Origin: Candidatus Hydrogenedentota bacterium
GTDB taxonomy: Bacteria; Hydrogenedentota; Hydrogenedentia; Hydrogenedentales; SLHB01
Length of the DNA: 64,000 bases
Direction: 5' to 3'
Assembly: GCA_963668025.2 (NCBI GenBank)
Contig: CAXXTH010000011.1
Coordinates: 64,001-128,000, forward strand
The position numbers were made by a program, and so were the translations under genes. Each line of letters starts with the position of its first letter. Positions within the stretch are counted from its first letter, which is position 1. The notes below the pieces were generated by a model. That model ran no database searches. It saw only the letters and a list, made by a program, of their open reading frames with translations, and was not told the DNA's origin. Positions 39,139 through 49,297 of the stretch are shown here, in pieces.

Positions 39139-40866
39139 ATGCCTAGTGTGTGTATCCATATTCAGCCGGCGCATATATGGTGTGTGCTGGCCGTATGTCT
39201 GTTCTCTTCCGGCTGTTCAGGCCATTCCAGCCAGGAACAAGCCCATGCGCGGCGTCTCGCGCAGGTGGCGCTCTCTACTGTAGACATGCACGGACAAGGC
39301 CCCGTATATGTGGCGCTGCGCGCCGATGGGCTGCGCCTGGCCGAACAATGGGCCGAAGGGCCAGATTGGGAATCCGCCGCCACGGAAGCCATTCGCACTG
39401 CATATGCGGATTTGAAACCCGAAGACGCCGGGCGGGTGAATCTGCTCGAAATAAACTTCACCCATGACTGGCGTGAAGTGGGCACGCTGCCCGACAACAT
39501 TGAGCGCGGTATCCAGGGCATCGAGTGCTCCGCGAATGGATGCATACTGCGCTATGCCTCCACCGATATGATTGCACGCAATCTCTCTTTTCCAAGGGCG
39601 AGAGATATTTTTATGGCGGAACAAGGCGTGGCGGACAAGAGCGCCGTCCACATGCGCCTGTTTGACGCACGGCAAGCGCTGGTATTTCTCAAGCTCGAAC
39701 CGCACTCGATTGCCCTCTTTCGTGGAAATACGCTGGTTTTGCCTGAGGCCATCACCCGGGCCAGCGTGCAGGCCCTGGCGGATGGGATGGGGAGCTGGCT
39801 GGTGAATCAAGTGCAGAAAGACGGCCGCATGACGTACCTATATTGGCCGAGCCGGGGCGAGGAGTCGCAAGGCAACAATATGATTCGCCAATTCATGGCC
39901 ACGTGGTGCCTTGAACGCTTGGCCGCCGCGCGGAATGACCCGGAACTTCATGCGCTTGCCAAACGCAATCTGGCGTATAACCTTGCCCACTTCTACCGTG
40001 AGGAGAATGGGCTGGGCTTCATCGAATTCGGGAACGAGGCCAAGCTGGGCGCGGCTGCCCTTGCGGCGCTGGCCATCGTGGATTCTCCCGAGCGCGCCGC
40101 CTTTGCCGCCCAAGAAACAGGTTTACGCCGTTTGGTGGACTCTTTGTGGAACAGCGACGGCTCGTTTAAGACCTTCCATAAGCCTGCGGGCCGGAATGAC
40201 AACCAAAATTTCTACCCGGGCGAGGCGTTGCTCCTTTGGGCCGTGTTGTACGAGCGGGAAGGCGCTCCCGAATTGCTGGAACGCTCGATGCAGTCCTTCC
40301 GGTATTACCGCGATTGGCACCGCGCCCAGCTTAATCCCGCGTTTGTTCCCTGGCATACCCAAGCGTATTACCGCTTATGGCGCAAAACACAGAACAGCGA
40401 ACTGCGGGATTTTATCTTCGAGATGAATGATTGGCTGCTGGATATGCAGGAGTGGGGGGAGGCGGCGTATCCGGATATCCGGGGCCGGTTCTACAATCCG
40501 CGCCACCCCGAATATGGCCCACCTCATGCGTCGTCCACGGGCGTCTATCTGGAGGGATTGGCTGATGCTTGCACCTTGGCGCGCGAGATAGGCGACTCAA
40601 AACGATTTGAAGCGTACCGGACGGCCATCCTCCGGGGATTCCGTAGCGCCATGCAGCTTCAATATACCGATGAAGCAGACCTGTTCTATGTATCAAAACG
40701 CAAGCCCGTCTTGGGCGGATTGCGTTCCACGGAATACGATAACGCGATTCGCGTGGATAATGTGCAGCACATGCTCATGGCCGTGCTCTCGGCGCTCGAT
40801 AAATACCCCGAGCCCAGTTTCTACACGTTGCCGCCGGAAAGCGGATGCGGCGTTATTCAACGCTGA
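39139..40866 (+). CDS. Hypothetical lipoprotein with (alpha/alpha)-toroid C-terminal domain
   Basis: Lipobox-like SSGC; ERGIQGI; DGRMTYLYWP, NNMIRQ, KLGAAALA, FYPGEALL, FVPWHTQA, IRVDNVQH. Confidence 0.6.
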   Translation: MPSVCIHIQPAHIWCVLAVCLFSSGCSGHSSQEQAHARRLAQVALSTVDMHGQGPVYVALRADGLRLAEQWAEGPDWESAATEAIRTAYADLKPEDAGRVNLLEINFTHDWREVGTLPDNIERGIQGIECSANGCILRYASTDMIARNLSFPRARDIFMAEQGVADKSAVHMRLFDARQALVFLKLEPHSIALFRGNTLVLPEAITRASVQALADGMGSWLVNQVQKDGRMTYLYWPSRGEESQGNNMIRQFMATWCLERLAAARNDPELHALAKRNLAYNLAHFYREENGLGFIEFGNEAKLGAAALAALAIVDSPERAAFAAQETGLRRLVDSLWNSDGSFKTFHKPAGRNDNQNFYPGEALLLWAVLYEREGAPELLERSMQSFRYYRDWHRAQLNPAFVPWHTQAYYRLWRKTQNSELRDFIFEMNDWLLDMQEWGEAAYPDIRGRFYNPRHPEYGPPHASSTGVYLEGLADACTLAREIGDSKRFEAYRTAILRGFRSAMQLQYTDEADLFYVSKRKPVLGGLRSTEYDNAIRVDNVQHMLMAVLSALDKYPEPSFYTLPPESGCGVIQR

Positions 40867-42032
40867 TTCACCGCCGCCACGTATCCATCGAAATTGCGTT
40901 TCATCTCATCGACGGAGTCGCCCCCGAATTTCTCAAGGAAAGATTCCGCCAGGACGATAGCCAGCGCCGATTCGACGATGATGGCCAGCGCCGCCACCGC
41001 GCAGGTGTCGCTCCGCTCCACCAAGGCATCCGTGGCTTCATGAGTCTCCATGTCCACCGTGCGCAAGGGCTTCATCAACGTGGCGATGGGCTTCTTCGCC
41101 ACACGGACGACGATCTCCTCGCCATTGGTCATGCTGCCTTCGAAGCCGCCCAGGTTATTGCTGGTGCGCCGGTAAGGCCCGCCCGTGCGTGGCGCAGGAT
41201 CATACACGATCTCGTCATGATAGGCGCTGCCGAAACGGTCCGCCCCCCGGAAACCGATGCCGATTTCGACGCCTTTCACGGCCTGGATACTCATCATGGC
41301 CTGCGAGATACGCGCATCGAGTTTGGTGTCCCATTGCGTATGTGCGCCCAAGCCCAGCGGCAAGCCCCATGCCCGCGCCTCGACTACTCCGCCCAGGGTG
41401 TCCTTGGCCTGCTTGGCCTCTTTGATGGCGGCGATCATGGCTTCTTCGGTTTCTTTGTCGCAACAGCGTACCGTCGAGGCCATCGAAAGGGCGTGGATTT
41501 GTTCCGAGGGAATGGCGTCTGTTTGCGCCGTGACGCGGCCAATCTGCACCACGTGGGCCGCAAGGCTCACGCCGAATTCGGCCAGCAATTTGCGGCACAA
41601 CGCCCCCGCCGCCACGCGCGCTGCTGTCTCACGGGCGCTGGCCCGCTCGAGGATGTTTCGGCAATCATCATGGCCGTATTTGAGCGCACCCACCAAATCG
41701 GCATGGGCGGGGCGGGGCCGCGTGATCTTCTCCGCGCGCTCGCCCGTCGAGGGCTTCCAGGGATCCATCGCGTCCGTCCAATTGGCGAAATCGCGGTTCC
41801 ACACCGCCATGAGAATGGGGCTGCCCAGCGTGACGCCGCCGCGAATACCGCTCAGGATATCTACTTCGTCTTGTTCGATGCGCTGGCGCCCGCCGCGTCC
41901 ATAACCCTTTTGCCGTTCGGCGAGCCAGAAATTGACATCTTCCGGCTGTACATGCAGGCCAGCGGGGAACCCATCGAGCAGGCAAAACACGCCCCGCCCA
42001 TGCGATTCGCCTGCGGAAAGATAACGAAACAC
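40857..42032 (-). CDS. aroC: Chorismate synthase
   Basis: SAGESHG, RQKGYGRGGR, RPAHAD, ERASARETA, KPIATL, ERSDTC. Confidence 0.97.
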   Translation of the reverse strand: MFRYLSAGESHGRGVFCLLDGFPAGLHVQPEDVNFWLAERQKGYGRGGRQRIEQDEVDILSGIRGGVTLGSPILMAVWNRDFANWTDAMDPWKPSTGERAEKITRPRPAHADLVGALKYGHDDCRNILERASARETAARVAAGALCRKLLAEFGVSLAAHVVQIGRVTAQTDAIPSEQIHALSMASTVRCCDKETEEAMIAAIKEAKQAKDTLGGVVEARAWGLPLGLGAHTQWDTKLDARISQAMMSIQAVKGVEIGIGFRGADRFGSAYHDEIVYDPAPRTGGPYRRTSNNLGGFEGSMTNGEEIVVRVAKKPIATLMKPLRTVDMETHEATDALVERSDTCAVAALAIIVESALAIVLAESFLEKFGGDSVDEMKRNFDGYVAAVNQR

Positions 42033-42061
42033 GTGATGAAACCTCCTGGCGCTATCCCCTT

Positions 42062-42176
42062 GTCATTCCCGCGAAAGCGGGAACCCAAAACCGCTCCGAC
42101 CGATCCCCCCGATCCGTCCGATCCCAAATTCCCAATCCCGAAACGCTGTATGGATCCCCGCTTTCGCGAGAATGAT
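42062..42176. repeat. Palindromic element with terminal units GTCATTCCCGCGAAAGCGGGAACCCA and TGGATCCCCGCTTTCGCGAGAATGA
   Basis: Inverted termini resembling dRS3/RPE-type repeats, enclosing short CCGATCC repeats. Confidence 0.7.
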
Positions 42177-42233
42177 AAGATGCCACGGGAGAGGCGAATT
42201 CATTTGCTTTGTTGTATCCAGTCTTGAATCGCT

Positions 42234-43238
42234 CTAGTAATTCATCCCTGCATAATGGATATAGGCCTTGACGATCTCCGCGCCATAGAACATGACCACG
42301 AGGCCCGCCAGGCATAGATAAGGGCCGAAAGGCAGGTAATGGGCGGAAAGGCTGACTTCTTCCTCGTCTACGTTTTCTTCCGGCAATTCTTCTTTTTTCG
42401 TGAACATCATGATCGCGCCGACAATGCTGCTGAGCAAAATTGTTCCCGGAAAACCATAGAAATCGCCGAATGTGACGGGCTCTTCTTTCCCGCTGTTACC
42501 GCCGTGCTCTTCCTTGCGCGCCAAGCTCACGAGGATGATGCCCAGGATGCTGCCCAACACCGAGGCGATAAGGACAACAAGAATGACGCCCGGCCAGCCG
42601 AAAAGCCCGCCCAGCATGGCCAGCAGCTTCACGTCGCCGCCTCCCATGCCCCGCTTTTTCAGAATCAGGCGCGCCGCTTTATCCATGATGAAAATCAGCC
42701 CGCCGCCCGCTTCGATGCCGATAAAGGCGTTCAGCAACGCGTTCGACGGCCCCATCACACGCAAGCCGCTTTCGGGATAAAACAACACTACGGCGGCCAG
42801 CGCCATGGCGATGGGAATGCCTGGGAGCGTAACTTCGTTGGGTATAATCCAACAACGTATGTCCGTGGCTGTCACCAATACAAGCGCCGCCGCTACGATC
42901 ATGTAGATCGGCGTGGCCACGACAAAACCAAACCGCAAGAACACCAGGAGAAACAGCACGCCGGTCACCGCTTCGACGAGGGGATATTGCCAGCTTATAG
43001 GCGCGGCGCATTGGCGGCATTTAGCGCGGAGCGCCAGCCAGCTCAGAATAGGAATATTATCGTACCATCGAATGGGCGCGCCGCACTTCGGACAGCGCGA
43101 ACCCGGCGACACTACCGATTCGCCTTTCGGCAAGCGGAACGCGCATACGTTGAGGAAACTGCCTACCACGGAGCCAAACGCAAAGGCCACCACGGATAGG
43201 AAAATCTCGAGCATATGCTCTTGGATAAAATACGCCAC
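42234..43238 (-). CDS. pilD: Type IV prepilin peptidase/N-methyltransferase (A24)
   Basis: GSFLNV, SRCPKC...CRQC zinc motif, TD catalytic Asp, GMGGGDVKL, LPFGPYL. Confidence 0.93.
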   Translation of the reverse strand: MAYFIQEHMLEIFLSVVAFAFGSVVGSFLNVCAFRLPKGESVVSPGSRCPKCGAPIRWYDNIPILSWLALRAKCRQCAAPISWQYPLVEAVTGVLFLLVFLRFGFVVATPIYMIVAAALVLVTATDIRCWIIPNEVTLPGIPIAMALAAVVLFYPESGLRVMGPSNALLNAFIGIEAGGGLIFIMDKAARLILKKRGMGGGDVKLLAMLGGLFGWPGVILVVLIASVLGSILGIILVSLARKEEHGGNSGKEEPVTFGDFYGFPGTILLSSIVGAIMMFTKKEELPEENVDEEEVSLSAHYLPFGPYLCLAGLVVMFYGAEIVKAYIHYAGMNY

Positions 43239-43266
43239 ACCGCCTCCTTGTCACGCTTGATATGCG

Positions 43267-44064
43267 TCAGCTTTTCACCGCATCCGCAAGAGTCTTCGCG
43301 AAAGCGCCCACGCGAACGGGCATCTCCGGCGTATCGCCTAGTTCACCCACCAAACGCACAATGGCGCTGCCCACAATGACGCCATCGGCATACCGTGCGA
43401 TTTCCCGTGCTTGTTCTGGCGTCGAGACGCCAAATCCCACCGACACGGGCTTGTTAGTGAAACGTTTGATACTCTTCACCATGCCTTCGACCGACTGTTC
43501 GATATCCTGCCGCACGCCGGTGACGCCCGTGCGGGAAACATAATAGATGAACCCCGTCGAACATTCCGCGATGAGCCGAATGCGCTCTTCCGTGCTGGTG
43601 GGGGCGATAAGGTAAATGGTGGCGACGCCCGCCGCGTCCAGGAGGCGTTTGTAGTCTTCCGACTCCTCCGGCGGCAGATCCACACATAGCACCCCGTCCA
43701 CGCCCGCACTAGATGCATCGCGCGCGAACGCCTCGAGCCCATAGGCCAGCACCGGATTCACATACGTGAATAAGACTATTGGGATTTGCGTCTTCGCGCG
43801 CAATTCTTTCACCAGCCCTACGACATCATGTAATGACACATTGTGTTCCAGCGCGCGATAGGCCGCCGCCTGGTTCACGGGGCCGTCCGCGATGGGGTCA
43901 GAGAAGGGAATGCCGAATTCAATGATATCAGCCCCTGCTGCTTCGAGCGCGAGGACCACTTCCGCCGTGCGCGCGAGCGTGGGATCGCCCGCCGTAATAT
44001 AGGGGATGAAAGCCTTGCGGCCTGCTTGGGCCAGCTCCCGGAATCGAGTCTCGATGCGGTTCAT
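43267..44064 (-). CDS. trpA: Tryptophan synthase alpha chain
   Basis: PYITAGDP, EFGIPFSDPIADGP, VSRTGVTG, GFGVST, DGVIVGSA. Confidence 0.97.
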   Translation of the reverse strand: MNRIETRFRELAQAGRKAFIPYITAGDPTLARTAEVVLALEAAGADIIEFGIPFSDPIADGPVNQAAAYRALEHNVSLHDVVGLVKELRAKTQIPIVLFTYVNPVLAYGLEAFARDASSAGVDGVLCVDLPPEESEDYKRLLDAAGVATIYLIAPTSTEERIRLIAECSTGFIYYVSRTGVTGVRQDIEQSVEGMVKSIKRFTNKPVSVGFGVSTPEQAREIARYADGVIVGSAIVRLVGELGDTPEMPVRVGAFAKTLADAVKS

Positions 44065-44068
44065 ATAA

Positions 44069-45331
44069 CTAAAACTCCTCTCCGGGCAGGATAAATTTCG
44101 CGGCTTGCTGGACATCCTTATCGCCCCGGCCCGACATATTTACGACGACAAGCTGCTCTTTCGGCAGCGTGGGGACAATTTTGCAGGCATGCGCGATGGC
44201 GTGCGCACTTTCGAGAGCCGGAATAATGCCCTCGAGTTTGCTTGCAAGCTGGAACGCTTCAAGGGCTTCATCGTCGTTCGCGTACGTATACTCGACCCGC
44301 CCAACAGTTTTGAAAAAGGCGTGTTCAGGCCCCACGCTGGCGTAATCGAGTCCGGCGGAGACACTGTGGGTGCCCAGGATTTGGCCGTTTTCGTCCTGCA
44401 GCACATAGCTCATCGCGCCATGCAGCATGCCACGCACGCCCGTGGCGAATCGCGCGGCGTGTTTGCCGGTCTCCGGCCCCAAGCCGCCCGCTTCGACGCC
44501 TATCATACGCACGGTCTCTTCCCGTACGAAATCGAAGAACAGCCCCACGGCGTTGCTGCCGCCGCCGACGCATGCGATGAGAAGATCAGGCAGCCGCCCT
44601 TCTTTCTCCATGATTTGCGCTCGCGTTTCACGGCCAATGATGCTCTGGAAGTCGCGGCAGATCATGGGGAAGGGGTGGGGGCCCTCGACGGTGCCCAGGA
44701 CATAATGGGTGTTGCCCACCGTGGCGACCCAATCGCGCATGGCCTCGTTGATGGCGTCCTTGAGGGTTCGGGTGCCATGAGGCACGGCGCGCACTTCCGT
44801 GCCGAGCAGGCGCATGCGGAAAACGTTCAGTTTTTGCCGCTCCATGTCTTCGGTGCCCATATAGACCGTGCATTCGAGGCCCAGCAGCGCGGCGGCCGTG
44901 GCCGTGGCCACGCCATGCTGCCCCGCGCCCGTTTCAGCGATGATGCGCGTTTTGCCCATGCGTTTGGCGAGAAGGGCCTGGCCGAGGGCGTTGTTGATCT
45001 TGTGTGCGCCCGTATGGGCAAGGTCTTCGCGCTTGAAATAGACTTTCGCGCCGCCCAGATGCTCCGTCAACCGCTGGGCATAATACAGCGGCGTGGGCCG
45101 GCCCACGTAGTCCGCCTGATACCGCGCCAGGACAGCCTGGAATTCGGGATCATCCTTGGCTTCCAGGTAGGCCTGTTCGAGTTCAGCAAGGGGGTGCATG
45201 AGCGTTTCCGGCACGAAACGCCCGCCGAAATCGCCATAACGCCCCTTAGCGTCGGGATAGGGATAAGCCCCTTTGCGCCTATTCGACCCAGGCGTGTTTG
45301 GCGTTGCAGATGAATGCGCGGAGTTTGGCAT
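44069..45331 (-). CDS. trpB: Tryptophan synthase beta chain
   Basis: HTGAHKINN (PLP Lys), [28 protein letters not shown]. Confidence 0.97.
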   Translation of the reverse strand: MPNSAHSSATPNTPGSNRRKGAYPYPDAKGRYGDFGGRFVPETLMHPLAELEQAYLEAKDDPEFQAVLARYQADYVGRPTPLYYAQRLTEHLGGAKVYFKREDLAHTGAHKINNALGQALLAKRMGKTRIIAETGAGQHGVATATAAALLGLECTVYMGTEDMERQKLNVFRMRLLGTEVRAVPHGTRTLKDAINEAMRDWVATVGNTHYVLGTVEGPHPFPMICRDFQSIIGRETRAQIMEKEGRLPDLLIACVGGGSNAVGLFFDFVREETVRMIGVEAGGLGPETGKHAARFATGVRGMLHGAMSYVLQDENGQILGTHSVSAGLDYASVGPEHAFFKTVGRVEYTYANDDEALEAFQLASKLEGIIPALESAHAIAHACKIVPTLPKEQLVVVNMSGRGDKDVQQAAKFILPGEEF

Positions 45332-45938
45332 AATCCTTCTTTCCTGGCGCGCTCTCGACGCCGCCCGCCACGTCCACGGCATATGGCCGGACAGCGCGGA
45401 TGGCATTGGCTACATTGTCTGGGCGAAGCCCTCCCGCCAGCATCACGGGCAGCCCCGCCTCGGCGGCCCGGCGCGCAGTGGGCCAGTCACATAGTTCTCC
45501 CGTGCCGCCATGGGAACCGGGAACACATGCATCCAATAGATATACCGCTGCTGGATGCGATTTCATGGATTCTACCTCAAACTGGGGGCCGATCCGAAAT
45601 CCTTTGATCACCCGCCCGCCAGGCACGGCCCCTCTAGAGAGTAGCGCGCACTGTTCCGGCGGCTCGCTGCCGCTGAGCTGCACATAATCCACGAACTGGA
45701 GGTAGTCTTGGAGCAGCTCTATCGGAGCGTCCACGGTGACGGCCACGGTGCTGACGAATGGCGGGAGTTGCTCGATAATCCGCTGGGCGGCTTCGGGTTC
45801 AATATACCGGTTTCTCTTCATGGCCTCATGGGCGAAGTTGAAGCCCAAAATATCGGCCCCCGCATCACATGCCGCCAGGCTATCCTCGAGCGTCGTGACG
45901 CCGCAGATTTTAATCTTCGGAATCGCCGAGGAGTTCAT
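45279..45938 (-). CDS. trpF: Phosphoribosylanthranilate isomerase
   Basis: [37 protein letters not shown]. Confidence 0.95.
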   Translation of the reverse strand: MNSSAIPKIKICGVTTLEDSLAACDAGADILGFNFAHEAMKRNRYIEPEAAQRIIEQLPPFVSTVAVTVDAPIELLQDYLQFVDYVQLSGSEPPEQCALLSRGAVPGGRVIKGFRIGPQFEVESMKSHPAAVYLLDACVPGSHGGTGELCDWPTARRAAEAGLPVMLAGGLRPDNVANAIRAVRPYAVDVAGGVESAPGKKDYAKLRAFICNAKHAWVE

Positions 45939-46692
45939 GGATTTTCCCGCTGATGTTCTTGCTTGTCACCAAGGCCTCGCCCACTAATATCGCGTCCACG
46001 CCCCCATCTTCGAGTTTCTTCACATGATCGCGGGTGTGAATGCCGCTCTCGCTTACGAGGACATTGCCGCCAGGCACAAGCCGTTTTAGCTCGAGCGTAG
46101 TGGCAATATTCACCTCGAACGTGGCCAGATCACGGTTGTTGATGCCGATGATCGGCGAGCGGGCGCGCAGCGCCCGTTCGATCTCTGCTGCGTCATGAGT
46201 TTCCACCAGGGTTGCCATGCCTAATTCGCGGGCAAGCTGGATATAATCCGCAAGCTGTTCATCTGAAAGCACACGCACGATCAGTAGAATGGCGTCCGCT
46301 TGGGCTGCCCTGGCCTCGAAAATCTGGTAATCATCAATGATGAATTCCTTGCGTAGGCAAGGTATCTGAACGCTTTGGCGCACGGCGTTCAGATCATCGA
46401 GCGTGCCTTGGAAGTATTTCTCGTCCGTAAGTACGGAAATGGCGCGCGCGCCGGATTGCTCATACAGGCAAGCCAAATCAATAGGATCGATATTCTCTAT
46501 GAGCGTGCCCTTGGAAGGGGAACGGCGCTTGATTTCCGCGATGAGGCTAATGTTTTCTTCGCGCAAAGAAGCCCGAAAATCGCGCGGAGGACGCACCTCC
46601 TTGATGCGTTCTTCAAGCGCTGCCAGCGGAACTTTGCGTTTCTGTATATCCACTTCTTCGCGCTTATGCGCGCATATTTCATCAAGAATCAT
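45910..46692 (-). CDS. trpC: Indole-3-glycerol phosphate synthase
   Basis: IAEIKRRSPSKG, ISVLTD, LRKEFI, GINNRDL, VSESGI. Confidence 0.97.
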   Translation of the reverse strand: MILDEICAHKREEVDIQKRKVPLAALEERIKEVRPPRDFRASLREENISLIAEIKRRSPSKGTLIENIDPIDLACLYEQSGARAISVLTDEKYFQGTLDDLNAVRQSVQIPCLRKEFIIDDYQIFEARAAQADAILLIVRVLSDEQLADYIQLARELGMATLVETHDAAEIERALRARSPIIGINNRDLATFEVNIATTLELKRLVPGGNVLVSESGIHTRDHVKKLEDGGVDAILVGEALVTSKNISGKIHELLGDSED

Positions 46693-47737
46693 GGGACGCC
46701 TTCACCAATTCATCGAGTTTCGCCAGCGCCGCTCCGGAATCTATGGAGCGCCGCGCTGTTTCGAGCCCCTCCCGCCAATCCATGCCTTCACAACCGGCTC
46801 GAATTCCTGCTGCGGCGTTTAGCAGCGCCACATCCCTGTGGGGGCCTTTTTCCCCCTCGAGAACAGCCTTAAGCAGGGCGGCGTTCTCCTCAGGGCCGCC
46901 TCCGCGCAACGCTTCGCGCGGCGCGGAGCCGAGGCCCAAGCTTTCCGCCTCTATCGTATACAGCCGCACATCGCCGCCAAGGCCTTCCGCTACTTGGGTT
47001 GGCCCCGACAGGCTCATTTCATCGAGTCCATCCGCGCCCGCCACCACCAGTGCATGCCGCCCGCCTAAGTTCATCAGCACTTGGCACAGCGTCTCGATGA
47101 GCCCGGCATCAAAAACGCCGACTACCTGCCCACACGCCCCGGCGGGATTCGTCAGCGGCCCCAGCACATTAAAAACGGTTCTCAACCGCAATTCCCGGCG
47201 TGGCCCGCCCACATGCGACATAGCCCCGTGAAGCGTTCGTGCGAACAAGAACCCAATGCCAATTTTGTCGATGCATCGCCCAACCGTTTCAGGGCTGGCT
47301 TCGATATTCACACCTAGCGCCTCAAGCACATCCGCGCTGCCGCATTGGCTCGACGCGCTGCGGTTGCCATGCTTGGCCACGGCCACACCTGCCCCGGCGG
47401 CAACAAAAGCGGCCGTCGTGGAGATGTTAAAAGAACCCGAGCGATCCCCGCCTGTACCGCAGGTATCCACCAGCGGGCGGCGTGACGTGGGCACCCGCGT
47501 GGCGAATGCGCGCATGGTTTCGGCGAATCCCGTGATCTCTTCGACGGTCTCGCCTTTCATCCGCAAGGCGACCAGCAATCCCGCGGTCTGGGCAGGTGTT
47601 GTATTGCCTTCCATTAACGCGCGCATGACCTGCGCCGCCTCCGTACGAGACAGCGCTTGTTTCTCCACCAGCCGGGCTATTGTATCTTCTATCACGGGCG
47701 CGGCTCCTAAATGAAGCGGTGCAACTTCTGTCTCCAC
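46682..47737 (-). CDS. trpD: Anthranilate phosphoribosyltransferase
   Basis: DTCGTGGD, FNIST, KHGNR, GPLTNP, GLDE. Confidence 0.97.
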   Translation of the reverse strand: METEVAPLHLGAAPVIEDTIARLVEKQALSRTEAAQVMRALMEGNTTPAQTAGLLVALRMKGETVEEITGFAETMRAFATRVPTSRRPLVDTCGTGGDRSGSFNISTTAAFVAAGAGVAVAKHGNRSASSQCGSADVLEALGVNIEASPETVGRCIDKIGIGFLFARTLHGAMSHVGGPRRELRLRTVFNVLGPLTNPAGACGQVVGVFDAGLIETLCQVLMNLGGRHALVVAGADGLDEMSLSGPTQVAEGLGGDVRLYTIEAESLGLGSAPREALRGGGPEENAALLKAVLEGEKGPHRDVALLNAAAGIRAGCEGMDWREGLETARRSIDSGAALAKLDELVKASHDS

Positions 47738-47740
47738 TGC

Positions 47741-48505
47741 TCAGTCATCCAGATCGAGGCGCTTAGGATCCGCTTGCACATCTTGTAGCGTACTATAGCA
47801 GCCCAATTCCTTGCTCAGCCGGTCACGCTCTTCCGCGGCCCGGTTGATGCCCGATGCGGCGGCGGCGCGCACATCCTCGTCATCATATCCGTGGCGGTCA
47901 TCCTTGTACCCGGCCATATCAACCAAGCCTTTATACCGCTCGAGCATAGCCTTCGCCACGGGCCCCTTGGTGCGATGGGCAATACGTTTGGCTGGATTGC
48001 CCGCCCAGACTTCATACGGCCCCACGTCTTTCGTCACCACGCTATTCGGCGCGATGACCGCGCCATCACCGATGGCAACGCCCGGCCCGATATAGCAGCG
48101 GCTTAAGATGATACAGGAATCACCAATGACGATAGGTTCCGCGATATGGGGCGTGATGCGCCAGTGACGGTCCGTACCGAACACCATGTGGTTGGTGTCG
48201 CGCAACACGCAGAATTCGGCGATTCCCGTGAAACGGCCGATCTTGATCATCTTGGTGGCTTCTAATATGCAGTAATAACTACATCCAGAACAGGTGCCAA
48301 AGACGATTTTGCCATCTCCTTGCGTGCGCATGATGACATTATCGCGAATGCGGCAATTGTCGCCTAGCTCTACATGGCCGTCTATTTCGAGATATTTCCC
48401 GGGGAAACGGCAGTGTTTACCCAGCTTGGCGAACTTCATGCCATGCTTGACGGTACGGTATGCATAGACGAGCTTTTTGAGTTTCATGCGGTTTTCCTCG
48501 GCCAT
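47741..48505 (-). CDS. Hexapeptide-repeat (LbH) acyltransferase
   Basis: PIVIGDSCII, GPGVAIGDGAVIAPNSVVTKDV, WAGNPAK; ends 3 nt before trpD. Confidence 0.85.
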   Translation of the reverse strand: MAEENRMKLKKLVYAYRTVKHGMKFAKLGKHCRFPGKYLEIDGHVELGDNCRIRDNVIMRTQGDGKIVFGTCSGCSYYCILEATKMIKIGRFTGIAEFCVLRDTNHMVFGTDRHWRITPHIAEPIVIGDSCIILSRCYIGPGVAIGDGAVIAPNSVVTKDVGPYEVWAGNPAKRIAHRTKGPVAKAMLERYKGLVDMAGYKDDRHGYDDEDVRAAAASGINRAAEERDRLSKELGCYSTLQDVQADPKRLDLDD

Positions 48506-48624
48506 TTATGAAGTAAAAGATAGTATCATACCCCCTAAGGGCAGTCAATTGAGCGAATGGAGTGAATGGACAGATGTGAATGAACTGAGGACATTTTTAA
48601 CGAGTTTTGACATTGAGTAAATGG

Positions 48625-48839
48625 ACATTTGACGGTGAAAATCTGGCCAAACATACCGGCTGTATGGACTTCGATGCAGTATATGCCGGGCGATATATCC
48701 ATGGGTAAATTGGCGCACCACATATGACCCACATTGTTGTAGAATTGCCAGAGTTTGCCCCCAAAGCCTTATCCAGTTTGGTTCGAGTTCCTTCATGTGG
48801 GCATAAGCCGGATCCGGAACGCCTTCGATCCATTCCCCT
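48625..48839 (-). pseudogene. Frameshifted fragment resembling the C-terminus of a calcineurin-like phosphoesterase
   Basis: Pieces in different frames: PDPAYAHMKELE / TKLDKALG / GHMWCANLPMDISPGIYCIEVHTAGMFGQIF. Confidence 0.5.
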
Positions 48840-49032
48840 GTACTACTAACGGGCAAAATCTTGTTTTGTTGCAGGAGTATTTTGTGTAAGTCAAACCACA
48901 TAAAGTTGTTATAGCATACGATTTTTCATGATATTTTGGCGGGCTCTTCTTTTAAATGGTGGGGCCAGCCCCACACTACTGCTATAAATTTTAGTGTATT
49001 TAGTGGTTAGAATCTGGAGCTTTGGTTGCGGC
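48840..49032 (-). repeat. Dispersed ~200-bp repeat, copy B (inverted)
   Basis: Reverse complement reads GCCGCAACCAAAG...CACTAAATACACTAAAATTT...GTAGTGTGGGGCTGGCCCCACC...CGTATGCTATAACAA...AAAACAAGATTTT...GTTAG, matching copy A. Confidence 0.8.
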
Positions 49033-49297
49033 CATCCCACGCTGTGTCATCTTGCTTATCTACGGTATGATCAAAAATCCGGATTTATTTACCACATGCA
49101 AAACACAGGATCGAAATACTGATCGGTGAATCGGAATCCGGCATCGGATGCGAGCTTTGCCAGGTCACTTGCAGCGCTACCCGTTGCGTTATCTTGACTT
49201 TTTGTGCTTGATTTTGGCGCAGTTGATTGATTAGTCTCTTCTAGTTGTGATACAGGGTATTTCGCCATCTCTACAGGCCAGATTCTAGGAGATTTGT

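Noticed and set aside
40845-42227. 460-aa plus-strand ORF
   Set aside because: Antisense shadow of aroC in GC-rich DNA; no recognisable motifs.
44105-45313. 402-aa plus-strand ORF
   Set aside because: Antisense shadow of trpB.
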